Below, piece by piece: positions 54,618-64,000 of a DNA stretch of 64,000 nucleotides. This stretch comes from Gemmatimonadota bacterium. GTDB taxonomy: Bacteria; Gemmatimonadota; Gemmatimonadetes; Longimicrobiales; RSA9. The notes beneath the pieces are model-generated. The model did no database searches. It was not told the origin of the DNA and saw only the letters and a list, made by a program, of their open reading frames with translations. Each line of letters begins with the position of its first letter. The stretch's first letter is position 1. The position numbers were made by a program, and so were the translations under genes. Where the stretch lies: assembly GCA_040905425.1 (NCBI GenBank), contig JBBDRO010000032.1, forward strand, positions 93,730 to 157,729. The letters run 5' to 3'.

Positions 54618-56171
54618 GTGAGGCGGCTGCCGACCGGACGCCTGCTGGGCGTGGCCATTCTCGTGGGATGGGCCACGGTCGTGGGCTTCCATGTCAAGCG
54701 TGAGTATTTCAAGTCCGACGCCGTGCGGCTGGCGGAAGGCGCGGCCATGCTCGCGGCGGGCACGCATTTCTACACGGTGCTCATGGACAGCGTGGCCATC
54801 GGCTTCTCCAGCACGCGGCTGGATACGATGCCCGATGGCTTCTACTTCGAAGACTTCATCAGGCTGGACATCCCGGCCATGGGCGAGCTCCAGCAGGCGG
54901 TGGTGCAGACGCGCATCAACCTCAGCCACACGCTCTCCCTGCGTGATTTCCGCTTCATCCTGAACTCCGAAATCGGTGCGTTCGAGGCCAGCGGGGAGAT
55001 GACCGGAGACTCCACGCTCACGGTGCGCCTGGGCGCCGACGGGCAGGGGCAACCCTCAAACGTGGAGCTGCCGTCCGGCGCGCTGCTGGACGCGGCCGTC
55101 CCCCTGCGTATGGCGGCGGCCGGCGCGCTGCGGGCCGGTAACGCGGTGAGCGCCATCGTCTTCGATCCGTCTTCCATGTCCACCCGCGAGCTGGAGATCC
55201 GGGTGAGCGCCGTGGACACCATGATCGTGCCGGACAGCGCGCGCTACGACGAGGCCACGGAGCGCTGGGTGGTGCAGGTCTATGACACCGTCCCGGTGTG
55301 GCGTCTGGAGCAGAGCTACGGCTCGGTCGGTGTGTCCACCTGGGTGGACAACGACGGCATGGTGGTGCGCGCGGAGAGCCCGCTCGGCTTCGTCATCCAG
55401 CGCACCGCCTACGAGCTGGCCGACCAGGCGTTCGAGGCCAGCCGCGCTTCCCCCCGGATGGCCGAGGGCTACGGCGTGCTGATCGAGCGCACCGCCATCG
55501 CGGCCAACGCCGACCTGAGCGACGTGGCCGCGGCGCCGCGGCTGGCCGTGCGCCTGCTGGACGTGGAGCTGGAGGGGTTCGATCTGGCCGGCGGACGTCA
55601 GGCTCTGCGCGGCGACACGCTGGTGGTGACGCGGGAGCCGGAGTCCGTCCTGACCGCGGGGGCCGCGGGGTACACGCTCCCCTACACGGGCGGGGGCGCC
55701 GCCGGGGAGGAACTCGGCGCCACGCCGCTCATCCAGGCGGAGGACCCGCGCATCCGCGCCGCCGCGCTGGAGGCGGTGGGCGGCACCACCGATCCAGCGC
55801 TGGCAGCGCGGCGGCTGACGGACTGGGTGTACGAGTACATCGACAAGAACATCACCCTGAGCGTGCCTAGCGCGCTCCAGGTGCTCGAGGCCGCCGAGGG
55901 GGACTGCAACGAGCACACGGTGCTGTACGTGGCCATGGCCCGCTCGCTCGGCCTGCCCACGCGCACCGCCGTGGGCCTGGTGCAGATCGACGGGCGCTTC
56001 TACTACCACGCATGGCCGGAAGTCTGGTTGGACGGGGACTGGGTGGCGGTGGATCCCACGCTCGGCCAGGTCCCCGCGGACGCCAGCCACCTGCGCTTCC
56101 TCGTGGGCGGGCTGGCGCGCCAGGTGGAACTCATCCGCCTCATCGGCAGACTCGGACTGGAGGTCGTGTGA
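54618..56171 (+). CDS. Membrane-anchored transglutaminase-like protein
   Basis: N-terminal TM helix. GDCNEH, YHAWPEV and VDPT (Cys-His-Asp triad). Confidence 0.85.
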   Translation: MRRLPTGRLLGVAILVGWATVVGFHVKREYFKSDAVRLAEGAAMLAAGTHFYTVLMDSVAIGFSSTRLDTMPDGFYFEDFIRLDIPAMGELQQAVVQTRINLSHTLSLRDFRFILNSEIGAFEASGEMTGDSTLTVRLGADGQGQPSNVELPSGALLDAAVPLRMAAAGALRAGNAVSAIVFDPSSMSTRELEIRVSAVDTMIVPDSARYDEATERWVVQVYDTVPVWRLEQSYGSVGVSTWVDNDGMVVRAESPLGFVIQRTAYELADQAFEASRASPRMAEGYGVLIERTAIAANADLSDVAAAPRLAVRLLDVELEGFDLAGGRQALRGDTLVVTREPESVLTAGAAGYTLPYTGGGAAGEELGATPLIQAEDPRIRAAALEAVGGTTDPALAARRLTDWVYEYIDKNITLSVPSALQVLEAAEGDCNEHTVLYVAMARSLGLPTRTAVGLVQIDGRFYYHAWPEVWLDGDWVAVDPTLGQVPADASHLRFLVGGLARQVELIRLIGRLGLEVV

Positions 56172-56184
56172 CCCGGGAGCGTTC

Positions 56185-56955
56185 ATGATCCGGCTGGAAG
56201 GCGTGATGAAGCGCTACGGGCAGTTCACCGCCGTGCACCCGCTCGACCTGCACGTGCGCCGCGGTGAGCTGTTCGGCTTCCTGGGTCCGAACGGCGCGGG
56301 CAAGACTACCACCATCCGCATCGTGACGGGCGTGCTGCGGCCCACGGCGGGTGCGCTCAGCATCGGCGGTGTGGACATGCTGCGCGACCCGGTCACGGCC
56401 AAGCGCCACATCGGCTACATCCCGGACCGGCCCGCCCTCTACGAGAAGCTCACCGGGCGGGAGTTCCTGCGTTTCACGAGCGGCCTCTGGGGCCGTTCCG
56501 GGCCGGCCGCGGAGGAGCGAGCTGACGAGCTGCTCGAACTCTTCGAACTCTCCGCCTGGGCGGACACCGTCATCGAGAGCTACAGCCACGGCATGCGCCA
56601 GAAGATCCTCATCTCCTCGGCGCTGGTGCACTCGCCCGACGTAATCGTGGTGGACGAGCCCATGGTGGGGCTGGATCCCAAGGCGGCGCGCCTCATCAAG
56701 GAGCTGCTGCGCACCTTCGCGGAGCAGGGCGGCACGGTCTTCCTCTCCACGCATACGCTGGAGGTGGCGGAGACGCTCTGCGACCGCATTGCCATCCTTC
56801 TCGAGGGCCGGATCCGCGCCATGGGCACCATGACCGAGTTGCGCCGCGAGGCCGAGATCGGCACCGCCGGTCTGGAAGACGTCTTCCTGAAGCTCACCGG
56901 CACGGAGAACGTGCAGGAGCTGGTCAGTTCGCTGCGCCGCGCCGAAGCCGGATGA
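56185..56955 (+). CDS. ABC transporter ATP-binding protein
   Basis: GPNGAGKTT, YSHGMRQK, VVDEP and STH motifs. Confidence 0.93.
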   Translation: MIRLEGVMKRYGQFTAVHPLDLHVRRGELFGFLGPNGAGKTTTIRIVTGVLRPTAGALSIGGVDMLRDPVTAKRHIGYIPDRPALYEKLTGREFLRFTSGLWGRSGPAAEERADELLELFELSAWADTVIESYSHGMRQKILISSALVHSPDVIVVDEPMVGLDPKAARLIKELLRTFAEQGGTVFLSTHTLEVAETLCDRIAILLEGRIRAMGTMTELRREAEIGTAGLEDVFLKLTGTENVQELVSSLRRAEAG

Positions 56956-57115
56956 GTGCCCCCACCCAACATCCTGTAAGCGACGACGCCGCGGCCGCGC
57001 TCCGCGCGCGCCGCACCTCTCCGGCTGGCCGCACGCCCGCGCGCCGCTGCGCGTTGCCGCAGCGCGCTGCGCCACCGCGTGACGGCATGGCCGCAGTGCC
57101 CCGCAGCGCCTCCTG

Positions 57116-58849
57116 ATGGAGGCCAAGACGGTCCGCCTGCGCCAGCCGCGCCAACCCGGCATCCTGCATCTGCTGGCGCCCAAGTGGCGCGGGGCGCGCC
57201 GGCGGCTCATGCAGGAGGCCTCGGTGGCGCGTGCCGCCATCCTGGGCTTCGTGGGCCTGATCTTCTGGGCCCTGCTCTTCGGCGTCATGTACCGCATGGT
57301 GAGTTACTTCCGGCGCACGGAAGGCATCGGCGACGTGCTGGCCACCAAGCTGCTCGGCCTCATCCTGCTGGCGTTCCTGGCCATCCTGCTGCTCTCCAAC
57401 GTCATCACGGCGCTCTCCTCCTTCTTCCTGGCGCGGGACCTGGAGCTGCTCTCGGCCTCGCCGGTGGCCGCGGCGCGCGTGTATGGCGCGCGGCTGCTGG
57501 AAACCATGGTGAACTCGTCATGGATGATGGTGCTGGTGCTCCTCCCGATCCTCATGTCCTTCGGCGTGGCCTACGACGGTGGTTGGACGTACGTGGGCGT
57601 GGCGGCACTCACCCTGCTGGCCTACCTGGTGCTGCCCGCGGTCGTGGGCGCGGCCCTCACGCTGGTGCTGGTCAACGTTTTTCCCGCACGCCGGGCGCGT
57701 GACCTGTTGGCGCTCCTGGCCCTCTTCGGCGCGGCCGGTCTCATTTTGCTCTTCCGCCTGCTCCGTCCCGAACAGCTGGCCGGCCCCGAGGGCTTCCTGG
57801 ACCTGGTGGACTTCGTAGCCTCCCTGCAGACGCCGCAGTCCGTCTGGCTGCCGAGCGAGTGGGCCGCCCAGGCCATGCTCGCGCCGCTCGGGGTGGGCGT
57901 GCGTGTGGGCGGCCCGGACTACTTCCCGCTGCTGCTGCTCGGCAGCACCGCGGCGGCCTTTCTGGTGCTCGGCGCCTGGCTGCACGAGCGCCTCTACGGG
58001 GACGGCTTCAGCAAGGCGCAGGAGGGGGCGCTGCTGCGCGAGGGCGCCTCGCGCCGGCCGCCCTTCCTGGAGCGGATCCTGGCCGGCGTGCCGGTGATGG
58101 CTCGCACCGTGGTGGCCAAGGACATCCGCACCTTCTTCCGGGACACCACCCAGTGGTCCCAGCTCATCCTGCTGGTGGTCCTCGTGGTGGTCTACGTCTA
58201 CAACATCAAGGTGCTGCCGCTCTTCTCGGGGGAGGAGGTGGGCTTCTTCCTGGTCAACGTGGTGGCCTTCCTGAACCTGGGGCTGGCCGGCTTCGTGCTG
58301 GCCGCCATCGCCGCCCGTTTCATCTTTCCAGCGGTGAGCCTGGAGGGCCGCACGCTGTGGCTGCTGCGCTCCTCGCCGCTGGACCTGCGCGCCCTGCTGT
58401 GGAGCAAGTTCTGGGTGGGTGTGGTGCCGCTCCTCATCCTGGCCGTGGCGCTCACCGTGGGGACGAACATCATGCTGCGCGTGAGCACCTTCATGATGGT
58501 GCTCTCGCTGGTCACCATTGTGCTGGTGACCTTTGCGGTGGCCTCGCTGGCGCTGGGCTTCGGGGCGCTCTTCCCCAAGTTCGACACGGACAACGCCGCC
58601 GAGATTTCCACCGGCTTCGGCGGGCTCCTCTTCATGATGAGCGCGGTGGCCTACCTGGCCATGGTGATCTCCCTGGAGGCGTGGCCGGTCTACGCCATCC
58701 TGCGGGCCCGCCAGCAGGAGGTGGAGCTCACGGTGGGCCACTGGCTGGGCTTCTCGGGCGGGCTGGCGCTGGCGGTGCTGGTCTCGCTCGGTGCCATCCT
58801 CCTGCCGCTGGCCGTGGCCCGCCGGCGCATCGCGGCGCTGGACCATTGA
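57116..58849 (+). CDS. Putative ABC-2-type exporter permease
   Basis: About 12 TM helices, KDIRTFFRD and EGRTLWLLRSSP motifs. Follows the ABC ATPase. Confidence 0.85.
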   Translation: MEAKTVRLRQPRQPGILHLLAPKWRGARRRLMQEASVARAAILGFVGLIFWALLFGVMYRMVSYFRRTEGIGDVLATKLLGLILLAFLAILLLSNVITALSSFFLARDLELLSASPVAAARVYGARLLETMVNSSWMMVLVLLPILMSFGVAYDGGWTYVGVAALTLLAYLVLPAVVGAALTLVLVNVFPARRARDLLALLALFGAAGLILLFRLLRPEQLAGPEGFLDLVDFVASLQTPQSVWLPSEWAAQAMLAPLGVGVRVGGPDYFPLLLLGSTAAAFLVLGAWLHERLYGDGFSKAQEGALLREGASRRPPFLERILAGVPVMARTVVAKDIRTFFRDTTQWSQLILLVVLVVVYVYNIKVLPLFSGEEVGFFLVNVVAFLNLGLAGFVLAAIAARFIFPAVSLEGRTLWLLRSSPLDLRALLWSKFWVGVVPLLILAVALTVGTNIMLRVSTFMMVLSLVTIVLVTFAVASLALGFGALFPKFDTDNAAEISTGFGGLLFMMSAVAYLAMVISLEAWPVYAILRARQQEVELTVGHWLGFSGGLALAVLVSLGAILLPLAVARRRIAALDH

Positions 58850-58904
58850 CGCACGCACATGGAGACCGTGGACCGACGGCGCCCGGATTGATGCGGAGAA
58901 TCCG

Positions 58905-59744
58905 TTGACGTACGCCCGCGTGGAGGACCTGGCGCTGGCCACCGCGGCCGCCTGGGAGGCGGGCCGCCGCGTCATGGAGAACTTCCGCGCCGGGCTGGCG
59001 GTGACCATGAAGTCCCCGGGGCAGCCGGTCACGCAGGCGGACCTGGACGCCGACGCCATCCTGCGCCAGCGCCTGCTGGCCGACCGGCCCGACTACGGCT
59101 GGCTCTCCGAGGAGACGGTGGACACGCCGGACCGCCTGGCGCATCAGCGGGTATGGATCGTGGACCCCATCGACGGCACCCGTTCCTTCATTGCGGGTCG
59201 TGCGGAGTTCAGCATCTCCGTGGGGCTGGCCGAGGAGGGGGAAGCGGTGGTGGGGGTGGTCCTGAACCCGGCCACCGGCGAGCTGTTCACCGCCGTGCGC
59301 GGCGGCGGCGCCTGGGGCGCCCGTGGGCCGGACGGCGAGCGCCGCCGCCTGGCGGTCCGCCAGCCGCCGCCCGCCGCGCCCGGCGCGATCCTGGCGTCGC
59401 GGAGTGAGATCGCCGCTCGCACGCTGGACGGGCTCGGCGAGGCCCGGGGCACGGACCATGGCTGGCGCACCGACCCGCTGGGCAGCACCGCCTACAAGCT
59501 GGCCCGCGTGGCGGCCGGGGACGCGGACGCCTTCGTCAGCCTGAGCCCCAAGGGTGAATGGGACGTCTGCGCCGGCATCCTCCTGGTGGAGGAGGCGGGC
59601 GGGCGTGCCTCGGACGGCGCGGGCGATCTGCCCGCCTACAATCAGCCCGATCCGCACCTGCGCGGCGTCATCGCCGGCAGCAGTGCGGCCTGGGAACTGC
59701 TGCGGGAGCGCGTGCGCGCGCTGCCCGACCGGCGGAGCGAATAA
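58905..59744 (+). CDS. Inositol monophosphatase / CysQ-like phosphatase
   Basis: PVTQAD, LSEE, WIVDPIDGT and EWDVCAG motifs. GGAG RBS before TTG. Confidence 0.88.
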   Translation: MTYARVEDLALATAAAWEAGRRVMENFRAGLAVTMKSPGQPVTQADLDADAILRQRLLADRPDYGWLSEETVDTPDRLAHQRVWIVDPIDGTRSFIAGRAEFSISVGLAEEGEAVVGVVLNPATGELFTAVRGGGAWGARGPDGERRRLAVRQPPPAAPGAILASRSEIAARTLDGLGEARGTDHGWRTDPLGSTAYKLARVAAGDADAFVSLSPKGEWDVCAGILLVEEAGGRASDGAGDLPAYNQPDPHLRGVIAGSSAAWELLRERVRALPDRRSE

Positions 59745-59764
59745 AGACCAATGGAGGGAGCAGG

Positions 59765-59941
59765 ATGATCTGGTTCGGTATGGTCGTGGCACTGGCGGTG
59801 GGCATCTGGATCGGCGTGGGTGCGCCCGGCTTGCCGGGCGCCCGCGAGGACGAGTACAAGCCGCACGGCTCCAGGCGCCGCATGAAGAAGCGCGCCTACG
59901 TGCCGCTCGACTGGCTGAAGGGCCCCGGAGTGCGGCGCTGA
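59765..59941 (+). CDS. Small single-TM protein (58 aa)
   Basis: GGAGGGAG RBS. MIWFGMVVALAVGIWIGVGAPG followed by a basic tail. Confidence 0.65.
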   Translation: MIWFGMVVALAVGIWIGVGAPGLPGAREDEYKPHGSRRRMKKRAYVPLDWLKGPGVRR

Positions 59942-59988
59942 GCGCGCCAACGAGCCGGGCCGTGCCCAGAGAGCCCGCGGCAACAGCC

Positions 59989-60168
59989 GTGAAATACCTG
60001 CTGCCCGCCGGCGTGGCCGCGCTCGTGCTGGGCATGGCGCTGGTCTTCGCAGGCGTGGCGGGGCTACCGTTCTTCCGCGCGGGCACCTGGACGGTGGCGC
60101 TCGGCCTGCTGCTGGTGGCCGCGGCCGCCATCTTGAGGGTGATCCCGCGCACACCCCCCGCCCGTTGA
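59989..60168 (+). CDS. Small two-TM membrane protein (59 aa)
   Basis: Two hydrophobic helices. Its stop overlaps the thioesterase start. Confidence 0.55.
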   Translation: MKYLLPAGVAALVLGMALVFAGVAGLPFFRAGTWTVALGLLLVAAAAILRVIPRTPPAR

Positions 60169-60596
60169 ACGCCCCGGCGTTCCGCTTCACCCACGTCGTG
60201 GCGGTCCGCTTCCGCGACCTGGACGCCATGGGCCACGCTCACCACACCCTGCCGCTCGTCTACCTGGAAGAGGCCCGCGCCGCCTACTGGCGGGAGGTGG
60301 CGGGCCGCGCCGAGCTGGACGACATCGACTATGTCCTGGCGGAGGTGCGCGTGCGCTTCCACGCCCGTATCCTGTGGCCCGCCACGCTGACCGTGGCGCT
60401 GGCCACCACCCGCCTGGGCGGCAGCAGTTTCGAGATGGCTTTCGAGATCCGCGACAGCGCCGGCCAGCTCCTCTCCAGCGGCACCACCAGCCACGTCATG
60501 TTCGACTACGACGCAGAGCGCTCCATGAAGCTGCCCCGCGAACTGCGGAAGCGGCTGGCTGCTTTTGAGGGCCTCGAGGAGAACGCCTCCGGCTGA
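60165..60596 (+). CDS. Acyl-CoA thioesterase (4HBT/hotdog fold)
   Basis: VRFRDLDAMGH and YLEEAR motifs. Confidence 0.88.
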   Translation: MNAPAFRFTHVVAVRFRDLDAMGHAHHTLPLVYLEEARAAYWREVAGRAELDDIDYVLAEVRVRFHARILWPATLTVALATTRLGGSSFEMAFEIRDSAGQLLSSGTTSHVMFDYDAERSMKLPRELRKRLAAFEGLEENASG

Positions 60597-60815
60597 GCGC
60601 GGCTGCCCCGCCCGGTGGGGCCGTTGTGGACCGGCTCGGCACGAAAAAGGTTGCGTTGACCGCCGTCCCACCCCATATAGGGAATCACCGTGGGGGTGTC
60701 GATGCCTCCGCCCTCGCCCGCGGCCTCACCCTGCCACCCGCCGGCGTTGTACCTCCGAAGTCCATCCGCGTTGGCGCCGTTCCCCGCGGGCCAGCGCCCG
60801 TCGCGGGAGTGCGCC

Positions 60816-61409
60816 GTGGCCGAATCAGCCAGGTCCCGACACCCGGCCGGCATCATCGAACAGCTCTATCGCGAGCATGCCGATACCCTGCGGAAGGTAG
60901 CGTTCCGCATCCTGCGCGACCTCGATGACGCAGAAGACGCGGTCCAGGAGGTCTTCAGAAAGCTTCGTCCCGATCGGGTCACTGCCATCGCTCCGGATGA
61001 GCGCGTGGCGTATCTCATGCGCGCCGTGAAGAATGAGGCGTTGCGGATCGCAGCGTGTGTCCCGCCGCGCATGCCGCTGCTCGAGGAGACGCTGCCAACA
61101 TCCGTCCAGCTCCCGCCGAAACGAAGCCACCGGTTTCGCTACCGCTGGCTCCGGCGGGCCATCGCGCATGCCCTCCGCACGCTTCCCCGCGGGCAGCGCC
61201 GGGCTGTGTGGCTCACCAAGCTGCGTGGTTGCACCCGACGCGAAGCCGCGGCGCAGCTCGGTATCCGGCCTACCGCGCTGGAGAAGCGGCTCACACCTGC
61301 CTTTCACAACTTGCACAGAGCGTTGCGGCAGAGAGGGATTCGAGGAATGGACGATGTGTCCTCTTTTTTGGACGGGGGGGGTAAGGACGTTCGCGGGTTA
61401 TTAGGGTAG
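60816..61409 (+). CDS. ECF-type RNA polymerase sigma factor
   Basis: LYREH...DAEDAVQEVF (region 2). L..LP..QR.A..L......R.EAA..LGI (region 4). Confidence 0.8.
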   Translation: MAESARSRHPAGIIEQLYREHADTLRKVAFRILRDLDDAEDAVQEVFRKLRPDRVTAIAPDERVAYLMRAVKNEALRIAACVPPRMPLLEETLPTSVQLPPKRSHRFRYRWLRRAIAHALRTLPRGQRRAVWLTKLRGCTRREAAAQLGIRPTALEKRLTPAFHNLHRALRQRGIRGMDDVSSFLDGGGKDVRGLLG

Positions 61410-61482
61410 ACGATCCGACGATCCCCCGGTCCCCGTACAGCCGGAATGTGGCCATGATGACACATCAGCGGCGCGAGGCAAC

Positions 61483-62655
61483 GTGACTCGAACAAGTCGT
61501 ATCATAAGCGCTCTGGAGCAACGGATGCCTCAGTCACTCACGGGCGAATTGCGCGTCCCCAGCAATGCAAACCGTTGGCCAGCCCAGGTGCGGGTTTTCG
61601 TTGCTGCTGTGCATCTTGTAGGCCTCTTGTTTTTTGCCGGGCACCTGCATGGCCAGCATACCATTCAGGTCACCGACGGATGCGCTACGTGCCGCGTGAC
61701 ACTAGACACTCTCCTGGTCGTTTCGGATGAAGCAATGCCGGGCGCGTTCGGCATCGGTCCGCAAGTGACCCGCGATCCCATCGGCCGTTGGTATGTCACA
61801 TCATATGGCGCCGGACAGGTTTTCGTTCTCGGACCCGACGGTCAGCACGTCGCTACGATTGGCCGGTCTGGGGAGGGCCCTGGTGAGTTTCGCACCATCA
61901 GTGAGCTCGCATGGGTGAACGGCCACTTGCTTGCATACGACTACCGGCTGTTGCGGCGCAGTCATTTCGACAGCACCTTTCAATATGTTCAGGGTGACCC
62001 GCTGCCCGCATCATTTTCATCCATCGAGCATTTTCAGAACGGAACTTCAGCAGTGGCTGTTCATATTGCCACTCCTGACCTGGTCGGGTACACCATACAC
62101 CTGCTTGACTCCGATGGTGCGTCAAGACATGCGTTGGGATATACAGGTGATGTTGTCCGTCCGGACCAAAGCGCAAACACGATGCGTCGACGGCTGGGTT
62201 TGGAGGGTGACAGCGTTATATGGAGCGCTCCACTATTCAAATATCGGCTCGAGGCATATGCGCTCGACGGAAGCCTGAGACGTGTTCTAACGCGCGATGT
62301 TGACTGGTTTCCCGAATCTAGTGGATCATCAATGTACCCGGAGAGACCACCAGCAGGACTGACCGATATTCACTTCGATGATCGTGCGGGGATTCTGTGG
62401 GCCTTGGCGCAAGCTCAGGACCCGGACTGGACCCCTCCGCCACGCCCTGGTCCTGCAACCCAGGAAAAGTCCAATTCGGCATACGACAGCGTCGTGGAGG
62501 CTATTGACGTCCAGACGGGTGAGGCGCTTGCGCACATCAGGCTGCCTGACATGATGTGGGGCTTCTCTGACCAGGGGTTCATCAGTCATATCGAGACTGA
62601 CACAGAAGCTGGTGTGGTATGGCTACGTGTAGTTTCACCAACACTCCGGAGGTGA
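61483..62655 (+). CDS. Secreted 6-bladed beta-propeller protein
   Basis: Signal-like segment, TIGRSGEGPGEF motif, repeated beta blades. Lower GC. Start uncertain. Confidence 0.75.
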   Translation: MTRTSRIISALEQRMPQSLTGELRVPSNANRWPAQVRVFVAAVHLVGLLFFAGHLHGQHTIQVTDGCATCRVTLDTLLVVSDEAMPGAFGIGPQVTRDPIGRWYVTSYGAGQVFVLGPDGQHVATIGRSGEGPGEFRTISELAWVNGHLLAYDYRLLRRSHFDSTFQYVQGDPLPASFSSIEHFQNGTSAVAVHIATPDLVGYTIHLLDSDGASRHALGYTGDVVRPDQSANTMRRRLGLEGDSVIWSAPLFKYRLEAYALDGSLRRVLTRDVDWFPESSGSSMYPERPPAGLTDIHFDDRAGILWALAQAQDPDWTPPPRPGPATQEKSNSAYDSVVEAIDVQTGEALAHIRLPDMMWGFSDQGFISHIETDTEAGVVWLRVVSPTLRR

Positions 62656-62658
62656 CAA

Positions 62659-63234
62659 ATGATGGTGGGAATCAACAAGTTCATCACGGTGCTCTTCTCG
62701 GCGGTGATTATTGCCGGCTGGGGCACTGAGCACACCGCCGTTACGGCGAATGGGACTTCTCACGGGTTGGATGCACCGGAGTACTCGTTGATCGCCGTGA
62801 GCAGCTTGGCCGGAGCTGAGACGCCGCTCAGCTGGCAGGAGTGGTGCATCGTCTGCGACCCGGAGTGCGGTGGAGGTGGACTCAATTACCACGAGCTCCC
62901 CGAAAGTGGACAAGGGTTCGGCATCGAGGTGGTCCCGCCGGGCGAGCCGCATTGGGACGAGTGCTGGGACTCCGGTACATGCGACCGGTGGCACCCCGTG
63001 GGATGCTACGATACCGAGGAAGCGTTGCCTGACCTCATCGTCCTCTGGGACGGTCTGAAGACTGGGATGGTCATGACTGATGTGGCCTCCCTCGTGAAGT
63101 CTCATCCAGGCATTATTGAGCTAAACGTGAATCGGTCTGCCATCCAGGTTATCGGCTGCAACGGTGGCATCATGGCCCATATTCCCATCGACAGGGAATC
63201 AGTTGCTCTCCTTGACCACGCTCTGCAACAGTGA
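62659..63234 (+). CDS. Secreted Cys-rich hypothetical protein
   Basis: GGAGG RBS, N-terminal hydrophobic signal, 7 Cys (CIVCDPEC...C.....C......C...C). Confidence 0.65.
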   Translation: MMVGINKFITVLFSAVIIAGWGTEHTAVTANGTSHGLDAPEYSLIAVSSLAGAETPLSWQEWCIVCDPECGGGGLNYHELPESGQGFGIEVVPPGEPHWDECWDSGTCDRWHPVGCYDTEEALPDLIVLWDGLKTGMVMTDVASLVKSHPGIIELNVNRSAIQVIGCNGGIMAHIPIDRESVALLDHALQQ

Positions 63235-63462
63235 GAGGCGTCAAGCGGGCCGAGACGCAGTTGCGAATCGCCAGCGGGATGGATCAGCCGTAGTTGTTGT
63301 AACGAAGCTGGGATTTGGTCGGATCACGGCCCGATCTAGCCGGCGCTCCGGCGGTTCACCCGCCGGAGCGCCGGTGTTTCCGGTACGGGTCGCTGACATC
63401 ACACCCTCGTTCACCCCACCAATAGCTCCGCCGCCACGGCGGCTGTAGTGGTTCGGCCATGG

Positions 63463-64000
63463 TCAACCGGGCGGCACATCATGGAGCGCCTCCCGCTCCA
63501 CCCACATCCGTACGAAGGGGCTGTCGAATCCAACCTTCCCAGTTTCGGGGTCGCGCACGAGGATGCCGCGGCTGTCTAGGGCGTCGACCGCCGCCGCCAC
63601 GGTGGAGGAGGTCGGCAGGCCGAAGCGCTCCCGCACCGGAACCGAGAAGAGCTGATCGGCTCCCGACGCCACGGCACGGAGGACGTTCTGCTGGTGCGTC
63701 GTCAGGTTGGTCCAGATCGCGCGGATGATCGGGTCCTCCTCGCCCACCACGTCGCTCGCCGCTGCTTCGACCACCTCGCCGCCGGGCTCGCCCGACCCGA
63801 GTCGGCGCGTGTAGACGTGGCGCGCCACCTGGAGAATGTCCTGCGTGCGCGGACCGACCCGTGCCACGATGCTGGCGCCGACGCCGTCCGCCGGGACGCC
63901 CGCCCCCTCCAGGCGGCTGTCGATCCAGCGCGCCAGGTGTCGCGGGTCCACCGGTCCCAGGTGCAGGAGCTCGAACATCCGAAAAAAGGCGCGCTCCGCC
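63463..64000 (-). CDS. C-terminal part of a probable ATPase with winged-helix tail (truncated by window edge)
   Basis: AFFRMFELLHLGPV...WTNLTTHQQNVLRAVA...SSTVAAAVDALDSRGIL...FDSPFVRMW, typical of archaeal-type/AAA ATPase C-termini. The frame is open to the window end. Confidence 0.6.
   Translation of the reverse strand, partial: AERAFFRMFELLHLGPVDPRHLARWIDSRLEGAGVPADGVGASIVARVGPRTQDILQVARHVYTRRLGSGEPGGEVVEAAASDVVGEEDPIIRAIWTNLTTHQQNVLRAVASGADQLFSVPVRERFGLPTSSTVAAAVDALDSRGILVRDPETGKVGFDSPFVRMWVEREALHDVPPG

Noticed and set aside
54618..56171. Transglutaminase-like protein as a lasso B2 peptidase
   Set aside because: It is large, membrane-anchored and in a different operon. A proper B2 exists at 43372-43824.
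56185..58849. ABC transporter as the lasso exporter
   Set aside because: It is 8 kb away among housekeeping-like genes and has split ABC-2-type architecture rather than the fused exporter typical of lasso clusters. Not excluded, but unsupported.
1..64000. CRISPR arrays, tRNA/rRNA, transposases, integrases and the many long antisense ORFs
   Set aside because: No regularly spaced repeats or recognisable motifs were seen by eye. The long Arg/Ala/Pro-rich overlapping ORFs are expected shadows in high-GC DNA.

Overview
A GC-rich (roughly 70%) bacterial window. Gene content and style suggest Gemmatimonadota, but that is inference only. Left arm (1-21.5 kb): housekeeping and envelope genes (trxB, a class A PBP, SDRs, fumC, a dicarboxylate/amino-acid symporter, nfo). 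It also holds an unannotated Met-rich lipoprotein, a probable 6S RNA with its own sigma70 promoter and terminator, and a pterin operon (PTPS, folE, SDR, queD). Centre (21.7-42 kb): a ~20 kb polysaccharide locus with an AsnB amidotransferase, Wzm/Wzt, seven glycosyltransferases, a Wzy-like protein, a carbamoyltransferase, a priming transferase, Wza and Wzc. This locus runs directly into the main find, a complete lasso-peptide gene cluster (42.0-48.0 kb). The cluster encodes RRE (B1), leader peptidase (B2) and lasso cyclase, plus three tailoring enzymes: an HPr-type kinase, a nucleotidyltransferase and a PrmC-like methyltransferase. Its 59-aa precursor is hidden inside a spurious longer ORF (predicted core GGGGASKEQPSKTGGGFTRF, G1-E8 ring). 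Right arm: a TPR/OsmC/acyl-CoA ligase/CutA/macro/transglutaminase/ABC run, then a lower-GC island (ECF sigma factor, beta-propeller, Cys-rich secreted protein). No rRNA, tRNA, CRISPR array or transposase was recognised. Start codons were chosen by eye from RBS and stop/start overlaps; no database searches were run.
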